Source: an uncultured bacterium (GTDB lineage: Bacteria > Oederibacteriota > JAAXVQ01 > JAUVAV01). From it: DNA of 64,000 bases. The stretch covers positions 800,001 through 864,000 of the forward strand of contig CAVQBK010000003.1 of the NCBI GenBank assembly GCA_963710755.1. The letters are read 5' to 3'. Shown here piece by piece: positions 60,073 to 64,000 of this stretch (positions within the stretch are counted from its first letter, which is position 1; each line of letters starts with the position of its first letter). A model generated the notes under the pieces. The model had not been told where the DNA came from and searched no databases. It was given only the letters and a program-made list of their open reading frames with translations. The position numbers and the translations under genes are program-made.

Positions 60073-62175
60073 ATGGTTCTGATCTGCTGGGCCCTGTCCT
60101 TCGCCGGCCCGGCGCATGCCGCCACAGCCGGACTTCCGGATTTGGAATCCTTTCAGGCCAAGGGCAATACCAGTAATGGCCATGTGCTCATTATGGCCGA
60201 TAAACTCATCTACCATGAAGACCTGCAACAAATCCTGGCCCACGGGTCGGTGCGGGTATGGTACAACCAACTCACCATGACGGCTGATGATGCCCAGGCT
60301 GATTTAACGAGCCAGGTGGTCAAGGCTCAGGGTCACGTCACCCTCAGCGAGGAGGGACGCGATCTGGAGTGTGCGTCGCTGACCTATAATCTCAAGACCG
60401 GATCAGCCGAAGCCTTGGGCATTGTTTTTGCCACGGACCCCTGGTACTATCAGGGCCGTTCTATTGAAAAGTTCGGCGATAAAGAAGTCATCATCACCGA
60501 ACCTGCCTTTACCACCTGTAATGCCCGTCATCCCCACTATCACCTTAAAGCCAGGACTATAGACGTGGTGTTGGGGGATGCTCTGACAGCCTACGATGCC
60601 ACCTTGTGCATTGGAGATACACCGATCTTTTGGATACCTTGGTTCCGGCGTTCCTTGTCCGATGACCGGCCGCCTTTCAGTCTTCAATTGGGCTACAATG
60701 ATTTTGAAGGCTACTTTGCCAATATTAAGTATAACTACTTTTTTAATAAAAGAAATTACGGTGGGGTGTTGCTTAATCTGATGGAAAAAACCGGGGTGGG
60801 CACAGGCCTGGACCATTTTATTTCCTATCAGGCGCTGGGCGAAGGCAACAGTGAGCTGCATTTTTTGTATGTATTTGATCCCCGATCTAAAAACGAACGG
60901 GTAACCGGTAATCTGGTCAGTGACCATCATTTCACACCTCAGGACGATCTCAAGTTAAGCCTCCAATACCTGTCGGATCGTAATTTTAACCGTGAGTTTT
61001 CCAGCACCTTGGTCGATTCCTATCAGCAGCAATCCACTTTGTTTTACAATCATCAGGGCAGTGATTTTAATTTTAATGCCAACATCCTTGAAAATCTGGC
61101 TTTTGATCCTTTACGAAACCAGTACTATACTGCCCAGCGCCAGTTACCCAGCCTGAGTTATTCTCTGTTTTCGAAAAAAATCACAGATTTCCTCCGGCCT
61201 GTTTATTTTGGATTTTCCGGCACTTTTGACCATGGCTTCATCGGCCAGGATTCTTCAGATGCAGTGGTGGTGCAAAACCGTTATACCGATGATCTGAAAC
61301 TGACGCCGACCTTGACCCAAAATTATGTATTCCCCATGTGGGTGACCACCCAGCCCAGTTTGGCCTGGTCCTTGAGTACGCCGCTCCGAGGCAGCAATAA
61401 AGAATGGTTGATTCCAGGTTATGAAAAGGATCTCAATGGACAATATGCTTTATTAAATGCCTCCTACAACACCAGTGTGACTTTGACCAACAAATGGGTT
61501 AATTATGTGTACACCAAACCGACCCATTTGGTGGAAACCCGTCTGACCTATGATTTTCAGCGCACCTTGGATCTGTTGCATGACCAGTCCCTGCCCAATG
61601 CCGGGGTGACCAGTGAAGGTCTGCGCTTGAAGCTTACCTATAATATGGGCAATTTTTTATACAATGAAATCGGAACCCGCTACAGCTTGCTGCCCGTGAT
61701 CCATTGGTATGAAGCCTGGGATAATCCGCTGCTCACCGGTTATCTGCGGCTGCCCAATTTTAACCTTAATTGGCAGGGGACTTACTCTATGGAGCACCAG
61801 CGGGTGAACAGCGGTAATGTCAATTTTAACTACTATAGCGGCCTGTGGAATGTCGCGGTCAATACTTCATACAGTTTGGTCACCGGCATTGACCGCGCGC
61901 TGAAGGACAGTCTGTTTGTCTCCTTCAACGGCGGCTTACGCCCTCCGGGATGGGGATTGGGCCTGCAGGGCAGTGTGCAGTATAATGTTATCGATCATCA
62001 GTTCACTAACTTCACCTTGAATCTGACCCGTGACTTGCATTGCTGGACCGGTCAAGCTTCGTTTAAGGTCTACCAGGACGGCCATGCGGAAATCGGCTTT
62101 GGATTGAACATCAAGGCTTTTCCGGAAATTAAGGCCGGCATGGGCAGCTACGGCGGCGCCACCCTGGCGCCGTGA
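60073..62175 (+). CDS. lptD: LptD-like outer-membrane LPS assembly protein
   Basis: OstA-like N-domain (AD.L.Y, FTTC...PHY), aromatic beta-barrel and RDLHCW near the C-terminus. Start uncertain: the ORF-track start at 59899 lies upstream of a terminator. Confidence 0.8.
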   Translation: MVLICWALSFAGPAHAATAGLPDLESFQAKGNTSNGHVLIMADKLIYHEDLQQILAHGSVRVWYNQLTMTADDAQADLTSQVVKAQGHVTLSEEGRDLECASLTYNLKTGSAEALGIVFATDPWYYQGRSIEKFGDKEVIITEPAFTTCNARHPHYHLKARTIDVVLGDALTAYDATLCIGDTPIFWIPWFRRSLSDDRPPFSLQLGYNDFEGYFANIKYNYFFNKRNYGGVLLNLMEKTGVGTGLDHFISYQALGEGNSELHFLYVFDPRSKNERVTGNLVSDHHFTPQDDLKLSLQYLSDRNFNREFSSTLVDSYQQQSTLFYNHQGSDFNFNANILENLAFDPLRNQYYTAQRQLPSLSYSLFSKKITDFLRPVYFGFSGTFDHGFIGQDSSDAVVVQNRYTDDLKLTPTLTQNYVFPMWVTTQPSLAWSLSTPLRGSNKEWLIPGYEKDLNGQYALLNASYNTSVTLTNKWVNYVYTKPTHLVETRLTYDFQRTLDLLHDQSLPNAGVTSEGLRLKLTYNMGNFLYNEIGTRYSLLPVIHWYEAWDNPLLTGYLRLPNFNLNWQGTYSMEHQRVNSGNVNFNYYSGLWNVAVNTSYSLVTGIDRALKDSLFVSFNGGLRPPGWGLGLQGSVQYNVIDHQFTNFTLNLTRDLHCWTGQASFKVYQDGHAEIGFGLNIKAFPEIKAGMGSYGGATLAP

Positions 62176-62336
62176 TCTGCGCGGCAAGTTAAAGGCCGAC
62201 GCAGCGAACCTCTGCGGGTCTTCCGCCTTTCAGCGGGTAGGAGCTCAACATATTGCGGCCCTCCTGTAAAACCCATGGCTTTTTCCAACCAGGTGACAGC
62301 TATTTGACACGCCGATTCTATCAAAAGGATAAAGGG

Positions 62337-62365
62337 TTGTTGTCTCCAGGGAGAAATGCTATAAT
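62337..62365 (+). promoter_or_regulatory. Extended -10 promoter of ugd
   Basis: TTGTTG-N17-TATAAT with a TG extension (TGCTATAAT). Confidence 0.55.
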
Positions 62366-62413
62366 TTCCAAACTTTTTTCCAGGACAACAACTATTTTTT
62401 GGAGGCCGGAACA

Positions 62414-63706
62414 GTGAAGATCTGTGTGGTGGGAACCGGTTATGTCGGTTTGGTGACCAGTGCCTGTTTTGCCGATTTGGGCAATGACGTGATCGGTGTG
62501 GATATCGATGAAAACAAAGTAACCATCCTCAACCAGGGCGAAATCCCCATCTATGAACCTGGCCTCAAGGAAATGGTGGACCGCAATTTGGGTAAACGCC
62601 TTAAATTCACCACCGACCTGAAACAAGGGGTGGAACAATCGGAATTTATCTTCATCGCCGTGGGTACGCCGCCTGATGCCCGCACCGGGGAAGCGGATTT
62701 GACCGCCGTCAAGGCTGTCGCCGAGGGCGTGGGCCGCCATCTTAACGGCACGAAAATCGTGGTGGACAAAAGTACGGTGCCTGTGGGCATGGGCGATCTG
62801 GTAGCCAGCATCATTGAAGAAACTGCCGGCACGGATCATCAGGTCCACGTCGTTTCCAATCCTGAATTTTTAAAAGAAGGCTCGGCCATCTATGATTTCA
62901 TGAATCCCGACCGGGTGTTGATCGGTACGGATAATGAGCAAGCCGGTGAACGGTTGAAAGAACTCTACAAACCCCTGGAAGCGGATATCATGGTCACTGA
63001 TTTGCGCTCCGCCGAGATGATCAAATACGCCAGCAATGCTTTTTTGGCCACCAAGATTACCTTTATCAATGAGATTGCCAACTTGTGCGAGAAGGTCAAT
63101 GCCGATGTGGCCAAAGTGGCCTATGGCATGGGATCGGATAAGCGCATTGGTCATGCTTTTTTAAATGCCGGTGCCGGTTACGGCGGCTCCTGTTTTCCCA
63201 AGGATGTGCTGGCTTTGGTGCAGAAAGCTAACAAGGAAGGCTATGATTTCAAGGTACTCAAGGCGGTGATCGCAGCCAATGATGCTCAGAAAGAATCCAT
63301 GCTGATCAGGATCAAGGAAGAGATCGGTCCCTTGGAAGGCAAAGTGATTGGGGCCTTGGGGCTGGCTTTTAAACCCAACACCGATGATCTACGCGAAGCC
63401 GTGGCCATTCATGTTATTGAGAAATTGCTGGAAAACGGCGCGCGGGTGCGGGCCTACGACCCCGCCGCCATGGCGCATACCAAGACTATTCTTCCTGATG
63501 TGAAATATATGGACAATGCTTATGACGTGGCCGATGGTGCCCACTGTCTGGTCATTTTCACAGAATGGAATGAATTCAAGGAGATGGATTTAAACCGTCT
63601 TAAAGCAGCCATGAAGACACCAGTACTGGTGGATGGACGCAATATTTTCAATCCCCAAAAAGCCAAAGCTGCTGGGTTTCAATATCGCGGGGTGGGTAGG
63701 AAATAA
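62414..63706 (+). CDS. ugd: UDP-glucose/GDP-mannose 6-dehydrogenase
   Basis: GTGYVG, NPEFLKEG, GYGGSCFPKD and FKPNTDDLRE motifs. GTG start at 62414 after GGAGG. Confidence 0.94.
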   Translation: MKICVVGTGYVGLVTSACFADLGNDVIGVDIDENKVTILNQGEIPIYEPGLKEMVDRNLGKRLKFTTDLKQGVEQSEFIFIAVGTPPDARTGEADLTAVKAVAEGVGRHLNGTKIVVDKSTVPVGMGDLVASIIEETAGTDHQVHVVSNPEFLKEGSAIYDFMNPDRVLIGTDNEQAGERLKELYKPLEADIMVTDLRSAEMIKYASNAFLATKITFINEIANLCEKVNADVAKVAYGMGSDKRIGHAFLNAGAGYGGSCFPKDVLALVQKANKEGYDFKVLKAVIAANDAQKESMLIRIKEEIGPLEGKVIGALGLAFKPNTDDLREAVAIHVIEKLLENGARVRAYDPAAMAHTKTILPDVKYMDNAYDVADGAHCLVIFTEWNEFKEMDLNRLKAAMKTPVLVDGRNIFNPQKAKAAGFQYRGVGRK

Positions 63707-63791
63707 CCATCTGTCAGCGCACCCTTGGTTCCATTAGGTCCTCTGTCCATGCCTCCGGGCTGGGATGAGAAAAACAAGGAGCAGTGGTAAT

Positions 63792-64000
63792 ATGTCACGT
63801 GCAATTAAAGGCGTCATCCTGGCCGGCGGGCTGGGCACCAGGTTAAAACCCCTGACCGACATTACCAACAAGCATCTACTGCCCGTATACGACCAGCCCA
63901 TGATTTTTCATCCTATCCAGAAAATGGTGGAAGCCGGGGTGCAGGATATCATGCTGGTCACGGGCGGTAATAATGCCGGCGATTTTTTGAGACTCCTCGG
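63792..64000 (+). CDS. Partial sugar-phosphate nucleotidyltransferase (RmlA/SpsI-like)
   Basis: Manual translation gives MSRAIKGVILAGGLGTRLKPLTDITNKHLLPVYDQPMI...; runs off the window. Confidence 0.9.
   Translation, partial: MSRAIKGVILAGGLGTRLKPLTDITNKHLLPVYDQPMIFHPIQKMVEAGVQDIMLVTGGNNAGDFLRLL

Noticed and set aside
1-64000. CRISPR arrays, tRNA/rRNA genes, transposases, stop-codon recoding
   Set aside because: I saw no regularly spaced direct repeats, cloverleafs, rRNA signatures or transposase ORFs, and conserved genes end at expected lengths with standard stops.

Overview
This is a gene-dense bacterial chromosome segment, almost all on the + strand. It probably comes from a diderm (LptD-like protein, PilQ secretin, a beta-barrel protein, DnaK with the diderm-type insert) that has Firmicutes-like gene order. 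It carries core clusters: queC; glmM-pdxJ-glmS; lepA-hemW; hrcA-grpE-dnaK-dnaJ..rsmE; aroE-pilT-like-pilin-pilMNOPQ-aroC-aroK; cheA-cheC; dprA..topA..xerC-hslVU; argBDF..GH; an ABC ATPase; lptD; ugd; and a sugar nucleotidyltransferase. I found no tRNA, rRNA, CRISPR array, prophage or intact IS. The most notable items are: (i) a long FtsA/PilM-family actin-like ATPase with about five C-terminal ubiquitin-like (ThiS/MoaD-type) repeats, coupled to cheC and followed by dprA and a beta-barrel gene; (ii) a PilT paralogue with coordinated loss of Walker B and His-box catalytic residues; (iii) a YbhB/YbcL gene with two in-frame starts, each with a strong SD, implying secreted and cytoplasmic isoforms; (iv) an Slr1658/Slr1659-like partner-switching pair with no phosphatase nearby; (v) an HU / histone-H1-like DUF4912 / GH57 block inside the heat-shock cluster; and (vi) long nested imperfect inverted repeats and REP-like hairpins in most intergenic spacers. 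All calls come from motif recognition by eye; no searches were run.
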